DNA of 64,000 nucleotides from a virus: IMG/VR virus record IMGVR_UViG_3300030061_002429, positions 1 to 64,000 of that record; one strand, 5' to 3'. Shown piece by piece: positions 59,101 to 64,000 of this stretch (position 1 is its first letter; each line of letters starts with the position of its first letter). The notes under the pieces were generated by a model. It saw only the letters and a program-made list of their open reading frames with translations, ran no database searches and was not told where the DNA came from. The position numbers and the translations under genes were made by a program.

Positions 59101-60896
59101 TATCAAATACCGACTTTAATGCCACATACGTTGGTATTATGGAGCGTCAAACAAACTTCTCCGCTATGCTCGGTGTAGACAAACCTGAATGGCAAGTACG
59201 ATACAGTAACGGTATGCGTATGACACGAGCGTTTGGTTGCCCAGTACGTGTATTACGTAACGCAAACACCGTCATACGTGATTGGTGGGGTGACCCGCTT
59301 GGTAAGAACATCTCAAAGGTAGATGAAGCAGTAAAGTATTATCTTGTTGATTGGTGGGGCAACACTCGTGGTGAAGATGTACGACGTTATCCTGTGCGTG
59401 GTTTTGGTATACGCCCTGCTTGGGATTGCAGTGACGTATACGAATATGACCGCACCAACGACCTAACTCCATACGCACGTCTATGGAACGGCGGTAATCC
59501 ACTGGTCAATCTCAAGACGCTTGTTGATTTTACAAGTTCAGACCTAACGGCCACCGATGTGAACTTCCCACGTATGGCGGGACGAATCAACAACGTGAAC
59601 AACAACGATTCAGCAAATCCAGTCGATGTGTTCTTCCCAACCAACCCACATCGTGTCGGTGACATGGGTAACGGTCGAGGTGTACGCTATCCGACCATGT
59701 TCAACGAAGATGTACTCACAGACCTTGATGAGCCGTATCACGCCACAGGGGTCGTTCTTTCGCACCATACTGCCGAGCCGAACACATCAGACGGGTACGT
59801 GCGCCCACGTAACGATGTACTGCAACCCAACGAAGTACTGCGTGGTATCAGTGCTCGGTTGGGTGTCGATGAAGATGGACTGCTCAAACCCGAAGCCGTA
59901 GCAAGCGACCGTGTAGAAGACTTCACTGGTGACACACCGCACAAGGATGCTATCAGTCGGTCAAGCCCACGTATCGGTATTGACAGCGAGAACATCGAGG
60001 GTGTAGATGACAACCTTATTGCTATCAACACAGAAGCACACAGTCTTCACACAGACCGCAACGTAGGACAGCGAGTGGTTATGGAGGGTGGCTTGACCGC
60101 AGGTTCACAGACGCTTACCGATTACGACCTTACTGGTTTGACCTTCGCTGCACAGCCACAGGGTGGTGCAATGAGATTGACCCACACCTCCAACTTCAAC
60201 CCAATGGGTGGTACATACCTCGCTGAAACCCGCAACTTCCTTGCACCTATCAGTGACAAAGATTGGGGCGGTATAAGTGGGTCAAACAAGACATCAAACC
60301 CGTACGAAACAAACGTACACGTAAGCAACAAGCAAACAAACTTGACCGACAAGAAAGTTACTTTCATGCTTAGACCAGTGCGATTGCTTGACAAGCAACA
60401 CGTTGAGATGTTCCGACCAAACAACAACCTGCACTCATCATCCCCGCAATACGGCGCAAACTACTTTTCGGCTACTGCTGGTGGTAAGTATGGTATGTAT
60501 GTGTATGAAGTAGAAAATGGTCGAGCAAGTTCAGGCTACTACATCCGTAGCACTAACCCCGACACCAATCCACCTTATGCGCCGTTGTATGTCATGGACA
60601 TTAGTGGTGACGAGTCTGTACCAGTAAGCAAAGGGCCAAAGTTGCCCGGTATCAGTGAAACATCATTCGATAGTACAAAACTCAACAATGCGGTCACTCG
60701 TATTGTCATCAGCGAAAACACGCTCCAACACTATCGTGCTGATGCGGCACGTCGTCGCTCCCGCATTGACAGTGATGAAACAACAAAGCGTATGGACTTC
60801 TCCGTAGTACCACGATTCTCACAGGCACTTCATCCAAAAGGACATAAAGGTGATGTAACCTACAACACATCAGACCACACAGGTGATGGCGCATGA
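44166..60896 (+). CDS. giant 5576-aa tail-associated protein with N-terminal LamG/ConA-like domain
   Basis: Uninterrupted 16.7-kb ORF; FFFDG..., IEAWVIP, YHIVASY..GNIELYVN, YVGG..FRGAI pattern; S/T/G-rich beta composition. Confidence 0.8.
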   Translation: MVAIGRTSHAFFFDGVSDSIIIPQSTFNSTGIERNGVKAPLSALSDVELQNTIGNISYSDFVIEAWVIPDCGGIIAQRDGQFQLELGTVDTPGPAVFHLTMQTAFGDKTITLNTAFDKTTRWDGVVYPSQEYGGIHDSYNRFDTSNYGEASGLNFNNRPLYHIVASYRGGNIELYVNTDMVASKKVPIEYRVKQVDGHVYVGGKGGQFRGAIESIHFSNSKSNNIFQPDFPTLGNASTGLYRFEEPLDIVEKVYTMNAVTAATDGSTKTITIGTADAQELIAKLTGKAYDSSSPIATFTESPYSMGNYEVNDFYSTPGTTAKLSIAHTPYNLLINAGSLNRNTFKPNQKPPERVRLHSIDGSNGNISISSIHVDFVNGTSGLRGLLHSRTADIDNYFVVVGADLLIDNGTGKPYQPPHYGTQIFDRTGQMVLDESDSESHGLVYSSRMATTTSDPKNPFAVVWPTSIDTLFQIGHSGRHALSHITGHDYMRRLPVPNDMTVDQVMSGSSDIVTMRYDSSQRNLKNTISINKNVDAYSPNLKGSVKSFVNTSTVASIVDNGLPASVKELIAIGGAGFDVRPFFLKGPVPQSYDEESRLFHLRPEKESRIALLKVPALQSSHNLAPFVEIHYNAIDLTGASMGISGPMLMVEKTVPAGSFDLGSGTRVIDVITSDLANTVLYSAGGVIDFTTGYMGSNNVLSKPNSLVGDTTGGNDNDSELDFSTTPAVYTPVSDVNAIPASPPKVIKKSHVSSNHNSVYHKLYFTPSTNIITEEDQTFYRKIKPLTTKSSTGEFDIGPVNTRSHMFEMFDIIDNQSTNDNRTAILYVQPSNKKRTNQFYNLSTATNGQATRMHILQLITRGRIRSINQVVDGETNEIDTEIVIRGISDEYLSQNIDVLGSGSPDSHVVKEIEPNAPVVTVTLGGPGQGAVNTKPTFDPSPLMRLPGSTRRMCAVQGVEVFATNSSTSGVTDSLTIRPLNNQSPDLLSWGTYCFPKIGRVYLASGASALYYAKTGSGFAFENSATAISERRFLLSDGTAVESFYVWCKANGVITQSGATVTEEVSDYFYNDDNFNDDSLTQDGSTVNDRLFQSMDGVTHDYQLGSQYSSTRAMVEIPFFPQQFFDHENENVFPGPDNSMKIHIDATYTAHTWNPTPVGRRADDVQVADRTASSAYSYNINNQDYVSSTTITKVEYDSSGKFYKIYVSHPSLFPPVDTSVFEYTNMKKLPRYRRAFLANGMWCVYRNDPSSDGYLRVDEHESATSGVISGSYAKGFFEGAVPQTALFIAQGYRSENLLPIASDNETPSSDYEARSPYYYDNANVKTQGGNLDYGLRQYVSAIEIKAGPLVNPHAPRVQSGVAQSTILSVKGTSGKYVFNLEDASSFPVLTEYTKDVTNLLAIDEGDLMYIAEVRLADGTTHEMVYFGKLLEDKSENTIICKSANTSLTGLENATLSIKRVGRALHSAASVSTATDNERKALTFLPDTSEQWTVAVAATSGTTTTIEITTTASDRLASSNTIGLNIRKDDELYIDDVSHNDVDYLGKVSSIVSNVVGGTTNTVITLTTNNACDVAVGDKIRVSIQSVVAEDQDGILNATWLNPYATGGMRNGDTVWMNMTMNNPHAVEGLFCKSRGVYNEHLVWKGFNGGRGSLTSRPRDSIPLENFLIGDTCLETAQNLAQHINKTIEINYESMLGSTYTDIPRVAYVDPYLATEGHARVLLYDVAHDREFIAFHDLHMQVQSSAATPNIGFGRDIVHAGGVLKLDRFLVSHNGGAPHYFTTQIDVANGFPSENKYLRSTQQSKFIESAYAHDIANSSENFLIQDPTTRGNNIQLKGKGHGHFVHSGLMYGFNSNIYAVSDNALPRVEPAVASVYWANEKHKNSRITSRDAFVKAVKNHRLSKNPSTFSFRDASTLFDTPDGTRCISAFLSLKGIRSSTLDLSGHEEDRLEHLPHWTEMDFVRRMVIDCGEVGVKEGVTDIEAATREIVRLINQGSAKNGRTHARRPSQQYPGESENLDLTRIGVRQDVTSEAKDPSSAHINADFAATGSTYDPAPWWFVEEAFDTHDRGSHMGYVRAHIGRVVEDMNGNEGFSIVIHSTVPGASGRNFCVWLDNSKGQSNYKPQFLIGHGGRFRNFWCQPDETLGENMHPAPMPLNKHGRPFAPVTTLREYVLQEEPDEPFTNNHDVGNRKSNNSSENRNVSARIGGINHNTVSDESFEVQGLSTNLVEGLRAGKQAVGRINFGGLVASGVPGFAPDAGTHGFGRRGDERFDYKYGEAIKFGDSDPTAIASYTGHVNPSDVTEDAIGDSPLYGFRFTDHRGRGYGVRYVYRKFGQAFSDENTTLPSTLEDEVIIHINDDDVSMGGFTLGGHMLGWGDPTGRLDVSGLQLSKWRGNQWRGMYAPNAGVDAEVTWDGTANTLTVVFEAPFNTGASSSPLANHPDLLGYLGYPHTNGVIHLHDTFTGTTDKGVVGNALSYESRTVDDITGTHIFYGVRGESFVSSHYVSSGTVTDAIRTQPHASDNTMRVLLSSRINWTTLVTDEVLAYATNVAINHPNPNQEDGIAVDVRRLYACDGRTLGEWGVAEDAIIVRSHNPQRGATPISSMFSSKLHTDYAIQAAHLEYGEYETLAKDATGIYAFSSSSDAVHQPISDALLDKNRQIDAGYLPRTVLQIRTKGRGYHANTPTPILVDSFNDPVPVDAWRKNLKGITFTSTSGDHILPALNNEMLLFNHYQHSAKYFYHTTTDNGISHALIPAGQEGATIDTFAKEASFGEQKRFYFTDVQYALLNSIQGTNSLTRVEWGRDDFANQDWVDHFTANFSNEDHILMRFGNQKIGGRRSYGAVDAEPLVYFKGAKDSNDHSVPLYFGGGFSGVVLDINDGTENDYSSFYTHPYSNGPTGTAGIQNANEISTSFAIVDCNALLAFFPATPLLNQHRGSLTHPVANRNNVLSPDLAAGAHTRHTDTPAHVVARYTAGIVQQKPSPLVLRVANPNARYKDTDVGETHTTYIIFGPGQAFPFTEMTTVNSDEQPHPGYVVTTGNTWSKVPANKNLPNEIKNSDDKYGPPSSTYQSARQVFHWNTTWNWSPAQGIPNIGTTTGAGLIQRPEHGSHYGEHFTGHVAVTLNNLEDYRKAHPYKFVGAMYYGIAMGADLCFHMDGGYHPGGSWMDNQLSFNPPHVISDYKINRGHNIVHPSAFRVSGKLANNFVTGVSNENIALLYEDEFIVVDATRCQNGEELATVLGQSINEFPGSSAIKAMGGTFAPSMGNAMRQDRYGWIEMSFESYTVDGPPVAITSSKTILIASISGASQATLEQIPACGWLRTPDGGTTNVGSGDIPTFAPYHSREVVYDSGSSSYKVHFLLAPNRSSSLPLMESLRTYDDVEQGTYAAGLSHPDYAGGNPTAVYVWSKAGVHRFNNENDSTRDHMTQVHFSGIVDAIDRTRPVGAVGWAGERYSYLNSLKVGSEQYGAGLGAWHPMLGFSPYGPSNSCMTAFGHLAHSNPIPFSPEGINRINNQTIVSDAIISNIYSWKYGLPSTDDYYATDYAFEQADNSILGKQPVTYRDNSDDTFALPRSLHMPQGVYSRAFVVISYESEMALVAKHDRDGIKATGDWLSVSSKVNVDSVIPATAITFAGTTRWDERIHNPERFTAPANAGPNVEALVRKDGSDPFTMPQAEYPSAFNFGAPLANDEDLYNAEPCFNETGDLFYDIDISPGAFHLETSAGVERNLQLKYITGSTDASITSRYTISGARDFWGGDLNAFRLAEHSPARNFSIENIVWKRMDGGNLSLPAVNARGLGAVPFITRVSGGTAYTTGEKLFGNCRFSFETTNSAMYPIIQAQELSHPQIAARHPDELRNVLEIPNEELQFLAMSVVDDTGQEHSIEGGSPFGTIIRSFKQISDRTAEGLAPSEAGSGVEPNLKIQLPDADAIPGNIIVRSGFDRLQAYQNETMGTGGMLRPNIETGIEGIFTDATDGPRLGPTFSDHEYDHISQNSVGEAFPDMTRKGWKSATNNAPLKTSYELHDRALFFHITKNGNSHTHRYPTIYTHDNGVINNALTAQTYSGTTLTVNATINTTLYRDAYGDSQKDDGGTRRFLRIYDDATGESGVASFTGISTNTFTGCVGDSAFDAIVAKSSITSFSVVPSYYVPAGSNRFFAARRIRDHAEVSGNSPDMAHSMYVTGHGGPNVLCYDAYKKTRLTPMAIPRMGHHFVNATQAMLPGHWAHPAYQGLYFKHRADRSATQKNLEQDLIQSTALDTDRSNLPADTQRKLPVYDPMITFGAMTATPSGPSDIHGGGFTLMFETKVKYDGYGVLASKGQAGVVNSKGGHTIVLEAGATYTLKHHFPDPSEVGAYQIIIQPNVHKSQFYGYHENGSATGLPDGSVNELTGQQVALVIGIREPDSATGGLGLVLAEATMADVRGCEVFINEVMLDHDPDYGGQLANIPPLLLYNALGVQGTEAPAFTRRSLPYHPGMFVDATPGFTTNIPWWSIVHKISPEDSSAVGFRHLTWHRIDNYYEFLRAGAGSIACQLTLAGYPSNYPDFYSTVLENVSLSPVAVVKSVSSTLITVDDARGFPKVPYYGMKLEYTDADGIRRTHTYTERSGNDATYMNKPYRFTITASSNFTNNLTVGTKIRLTRAYDFRPAGKLMKESRSSIFTRMLPQLLQGSRDTNSLHMADAYLCLWNPNLGRPHTFYSDGSRTWLSPTGDRAVNRKPLNSLPEHYETIHYHDATYYNSLGPFTFTMNTTRPIQPLVTHALSDRIIVSTASNVITTAHSPPSLPNDTIQIENEIFVVVSDTGALLTVNRDITHLTNGSKIYIHGDGDAVTAGGLHSDYTAQGGTDVMLNHYWPCGSRGGPLTSRLDGYGYVSTAWDYPQEYTSDGPVWEDQDDTGSYVVSSGITKTSYDSISSPTRPRPFGYRFGLRQPYNKPQWAMYGARAYRETPISSSNTIAGYQHGPLVQLEERTTGNKWEYVGGSGLSNTDFNATYVGIMERQTNFSAMLGVDKPEWQVRYSNGMRMTRAFGCPVRVLRNANTVIRDWWGDPLGKNISKVDEAVKYYLVDWWGNTRGEDVRRYPVRGFGIRPAWDCSDVYEYDRTNDLTPYARLWNGGNPLVNLKTLVDFTSSDLTATDVNFPRMAGRINNVNNNDSANPVDVFFPTNPHRVGDMGNGRGVRYPTMFNEDVLTDLDEPYHATGVVLSHHTAEPNTSDGYVRPRNDVLQPNEVLRGISARLGVDEDGLLKPEAVASDRVEDFTGDTPHKDAISRSSPRIGIDSENIEGVDDNLIAINTEAHSLHTDRNVGQRVVMEGGLTAGSQTLTDYDLTGLTFAAQPQGGAMRLTHTSNFNPMGGTYLAETRNFLAPISDKDWGGISGSNKTSNPYETNVHVSNKQTNLTDKKVTFMLRPVRLLDKQHVEMFRPNNNLHSSSPQYGANYFSATAGGKYGMYVYEVENGRASSGYYIRSTNPDTNPPYAPLYVMDISGDESVPVSKGPKLPGISETSFDSTKLNNAVTRIVISENTLQHYRADAARRRSRIDSDETTKRMDFSVVPRFSQALHPKGHKGDVTYNTSDHTGDGA

Positions 60897-61231
60897 TTGA
60901 ATACGACTTTTGCGATTGTTGTACACCAATGGAAAATGCAATAGCATTGATGAAAGCAAAGAAAAAGAGCAAGCCTTTTCACGGCTACAATCCAAATCGA
61001 CATCACAGAAAGGGTGGTTTAAACGCTAAAGGACGTGCCAAAGCAAAGCGTGAAACTGGCGCAAACCTCAAACCACCTGTGACAACAAAGCCGAGCAAAC
61101 TCAAACCCGGTAGCAAGAAAGCCAAGCGTCGTAAATCATTCTGTGCAAGAATGGGTGGTATGAAAGGACCAACATCGAAGAAAGGCAAATTGACTCCGAA
61201 GGGTGCGGCTCTCAAGCGATGGAACTGTTGA
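60893..61231 (+). CDS. small basic tagged protein (DUF6321-like pattern)
   Basis: CDCCTPMENAIALMK then GGLNAKGR...NLKPPV...RRKSFCARM...ALKRWNC. Confidence 0.7.
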   Translation: MIEYDFCDCCTPMENAIALMKAKKKSKPFHGYNPNRHHRKGGLNAKGRAKAKRETGANLKPPVTTKPSKLKPGSKKAKRRKSFCARMGGMKGPTSKKGKLTPKGAALKRWNC

Positions 61232-61243
61232 GGTGGAAAAAAA

Positions 61244-61747
61244 ATGTTTGAGAAGGCATGGCGTTTTCTCAAGGCTTCTCGTCAAATGAAGTTGTACAAT
61301 TACATTGAGGACTACCCCGGTATGAACCCTGTAAGTGGTTATAGAGGTGTACCACTAATGTCCACGGCTCCCCAAAGTCAAGAAAATTGGTCACAAAAAC
61401 CCGATTCTTTCATTGACCTAAGCGGAAAAGGTACGTGGTGGGCTGATAAAAAAACCGTTGAACCACACGCAACTGCATCGTTTTTTGCTAACGCAAATTT
61501 TCATGATGTAGAAGGAACTCCAACAGTACTTGGTCTTCGTGGACCTATGGAGAATTATGGTAGAGTACAACGTAGACGAGGTTGGAATCCAACAAATGAA
61601 CGACTTCTTTCAGAAGCACTAATTACTCATGATAAGCCTATTGATTGGGAGAACATTGTGTTTTCTCAACCATCGGAAAGTGTGACTACTGGTATGACTG
61701 AAGAAGAGGAAGAGGCATGGGCTAAACAACAATTTGGGTGGGCTTAA
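61244..61747 (+). CDS. tagged ADP-ribosyltransferase-like protein with PIP-like motif
   Basis: MFEKAWRFLK, RQMKLYNY, SGYRGV...GTWWA...VLGLR...SEALITHDKPI. Confidence 0.5.
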   Translation: MFEKAWRFLKASRQMKLYNYIEDYPGMNPVSGYRGVPLMSTAPQSQENWSQKPDSFIDLSGKGTWWADKKTVEPHATASFFANANFHDVEGTPTVLGLRGPMENYGRVQRRRGWNPTNERLLSEALITHDKPIDWENIVFSQPSESVTTGMTEEEEEAWAKQQFGWA

Positions 61748-62344
61748 ATGTTTGAGAAGGCATGGCGTTTTCTCAAGGCTACACGCCAAACCACACTTGG
61801 CGAGTTTCATCCTGATTTTCCAAGTCCTCATGGTCCTGTGACTATGCGAAGGTTTCACCCTACACAAGAATGGGGAAATAATTGGTTAAAAACAATTGAT
61901 ACAGGGTACGCTACTCATGATGATTTTAATCCTGATGAATTTCAACCGTATGAAGATTTAATTATTGAAGGTCTTAAACCGCAAGCACCGACTTTAGATA
62001 GTATATTATGGGAAAATGACCATGTAGAAGATAACATAGATGATAATGTTAAACCATTTCGTTTAGATGAAACCACATTAGGCAATTGGTTTTATCCTAC
62101 TGGAAAATTGACCGATGACCAAAAGGCTTTATCACATGAATTTATGATAGAAGATGGACAGCGAAAACAAATAGGTGTAAGAATGCCTATTGAACAATTA
62201 CAAGGCCAATTTAGAAATTTAGGGTATATGGGTGAAGCACCTGAAGCGCACGTAATAAATCATATTCCTCCGCAATACTTAGTACAACTTCCTGATAATT
62301 TTTATGGCGAAGGAGAAGCAACTTGGGGGGCGAAGGGAGAATGA
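61748..62344 (+). CDS. tagged ADP-ribosyltransferase-like protein with PIP-like motif
   Basis: MFEKAWRFLK, RQTTLGEF, VTMRR...GLKP...GNWFY...IGVR...PEAHVINHIPPQYL. Confidence 0.5.
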   Translation: MFEKAWRFLKATRQTTLGEFHPDFPSPHGPVTMRRFHPTQEWGNNWLKTIDTGYATHDDFNPDEFQPYEDLIIEGLKPQAPTLDSILWENDHVEDNIDDNVKPFRLDETTLGNWFYPTGKLTDDQKALSHEFMIEDGQRKQIGVRMPIEQLQGQFRNLGYMGEAPEAHVINHIPPQYLVQLPDNFYGEGEATWGAKGE

Positions 62345-63750
62345 CACTCATCACAAACACCAGTACTGGGCGTTATGACACCGATGCCAACGAGGTCATG
62401 GACCACGTACGTAAGCCAGTCTTTGTCGATAACGCTGTTCATCATGGTCGCATAAGCGTGCAAACGTCAAACAAAGCAAAGATTACAGTCGAGAAGAACA
62501 ACACTCGTAACCTGCAAGTCATGCCTCAAACACGCTATCAGATTGTCGAGAGCGAGGGTGGCGTACAACTCACACACGTACAAAAATCAGGTCACGAATA
62601 CACTGGCGTTCCATACTTTAACGGGGAAACTTTGTCTTCGAGTAACATACCTATTCTCCTTTACAACGCCGACAACCCATCCGAGCGTATCGTATTGAGC
62701 GATGTCGAGAACAGCACTATCGGTGTGTTTGGCAACCTACGTAACATGAAAGGCCGCACACTGCAAGACATTGGCTTTACCAGTGATATTGTAAAACTCG
62801 GACAACCAGTGGACGTGGGACTGCGTACAACGGACTTGGCTATCAAGTTGGGTGAATCAATTAGTGGGGGTGCAACAAGCGTCAATATCGCACGACCTGA
62901 AACAATCGTTGCACAGAATCGTGCTCACAGCACACGGTTTGTAGCACAAGATTTCAGGAATACCAATCTTATGACTTCACTACGCTATCTTGCACGTCAT
63001 GATGGACGTATGGTGATTCTCGATACCTTTGGGAATTTGTTGTACATCCCGCTATCGTTTACTGAAAACACTGTTGAAATCAAGAATAGAGTACCAACAG
63101 TCACAGTTGATAATCCGATTGATGATGCACCAAACAGGGTCACTGTACAGGGTCTTCCGATGGGGCTTAATGACTTGGTAATTGTCACCGTTGATGATGC
63201 TGAATCACAAGTTGAAGAGGTACGTGAAGCACCTTCGGTGTTTGTAGACCACACGGTACGCAACACAACCAGTGCAAAGCGAATAGCAAGAAAGGTATTA
63301 CGTGGTCATTCGTTGGTCAAGGGTAAGGAAGAGGTCAATGGAAACTACAACTCACTTGATGTACGACCCGGTATGACTGTTACTCATAATGGAAAAAACA
63401 AGATAGTAACGGAAGTTCGACATTACCCATTTGCAAATCAAAGTGATTTTTCTTTAATGAATGTCGAAGTTGGTTTAGAAGGTATTCTACAGGCTATTGA
63501 TACTGGGGCAACTGTACAACAAAACAGTACAAACCCCGACACGGCTGTGCAGGTTGTAGACCTGAACCTCGCTATGTTTGGCCGTATCGAGTTACGTATT
63601 GAAAGCAAGGTTGTAGAGAACGTTGTTTACAAAACCGCAATGCTTATCGGTGGAACATCAAGAGGTACAATAGGAGGTAATGCTGAAAGCATAGGTGGTA
63701 ATAAGAGCATCATCAGCATACAACGAAGGAGGGTTGGGGGATTCCAGTAA
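62341..63750 (+). CDS. putative tail hub/baseplate-like protein
   Basis: ATG 62341 overlapping the previous stop; LRYLA..DG..ILDTFGNLLY, NRVTVQG, VRPGMTV and VTEVRH hub-like pattern. Confidence 0.6.
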   Translation: MTLITNTSTGRYDTDANEVMDHVRKPVFVDNAVHHGRISVQTSNKAKITVEKNNTRNLQVMPQTRYQIVESEGGVQLTHVQKSGHEYTGVPYFNGETLSSSNIPILLYNADNPSERIVLSDVENSTIGVFGNLRNMKGRTLQDIGFTSDIVKLGQPVDVGLRTTDLAIKLGESISGGATSVNIARPETIVAQNRAHSTRFVAQDFRNTNLMTSLRYLARHDGRMVILDTFGNLLYIPLSFTENTVEIKNRVPTVTVDNPIDDAPNRVTVQGLPMGLNDLVIVTVDDAESQVEEVREAPSVFVDHTVRNTTSAKRIARKVLRGHSLVKGKEEVNGNYNSLDVRPGMTVTHNGKNKIVTEVRHYPFANQSDFSLMNVEVGLEGILQAIDTGATVQQNSTNPDTAVQVVDLNLAMFGRIELRIESKVVENVVYKTAMLIGGTSRGTIGGNAESIGGNKSIISIQRRRVGGFQ

Positions 63751-64000
63751 GTAATCACATTCGTCGTCTTCTTATTGAAACAATAAGGGACAACATCAAC
63801 GAGGTCATTTTAGGCTTTGACGGTACACCTGCTACCAGTGACGATGGTTCGGCGGGAAGACCTGCCATCACACTCGTGCCTACGGTAACTATTTTGGATG
63901 ATTCAACGCTTCTTGTGCAAGCGGTCTTACCACAAACGCAATCCTTTACAGAACAAATCAAAGAGGTCTATTTGCAATTAAGAGGTGCATCAAGTTTTAC
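63741..64000 (+). CDS. partial tail-region protein, apparent ATT start
   Basis: Open frame IPVSNHIRRLLIETIRDNINEVILGFDGTPATSDDG... running to the window end; AGGAGG upstream. Confidence 0.55.
   Translation, partial: MPVSNHIRRLLIETIRDNINEVILGFDGTPATSDDGSAGRPAITLVPTVTILDDSTLLVQAVLPQTQSFTEQIKEVYLQLRGASSF

Noticed and set aside
342-62344. Tag as a secretion signal, lipobox or DNA regulatory element
   Set aside because: No hydrophobic h-region or lipobox Cys; it also occurs internally and at a C-terminus, and distant copies conserve amino acids rather than nucleotides

Overview
The window is the packaging and morphogenesis half of a tailed dsDNA virus (Caudoviricetes, HK97-type head, non-contractile-looking tail), nearly all on the + strand. 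GGTGA/GGAGG ribosome-binding sites, TTTAAA-type TATA boxes and PCNA-type clamp motifs point to an archaeal host. A marine euryarchaeal (Poseidoniales, magrovirus-like) virus is my best guess, which is inference and not a database result. Recognisable core: terminase large subunit (17600), LAGLIDADG protein, portal (21831), a 1.9-kaa protein with a degenerate ATP-dependent ligase fold, prohead protease/scaffold (30757), major capsid protein (32152), adaptor, tail terminator, tail tube, tail chaperones, tape measure and a 5576-aa giant tail-region protein. The main undescribed-looking signal is a short peptide tag (consensus roughly [P/F]xxAWxxLK, with variants EPMDLAxDxLLK and PxLVLK) that recurs about 16 times in its long form. 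It sits at the start of otherwise unrelated ORFs or between the modules of polyproteins, and the same hydrophobic-hydrophobic-Lys ending occurs in the capsid protein and protease. The payloads behind the tag are GNAT-like, HExxH metalloprotease, ADP-ribosyltransferase-like, ParB-like, HNH-like and basic DNA-binding domains, several carrying PCNA-interacting (PIP-box-like) peptides. I interpret this as a modular capsid-targeting and protease-release system for injected effectors, analogous to the T4 CTS/IP/Alt system. A second candidate system is an operon with an Arf-like small GTPase flanked by membrane proteins. All functional calls were made by eye from motifs; several start codons were reassigned from the ORF track using RBS position.
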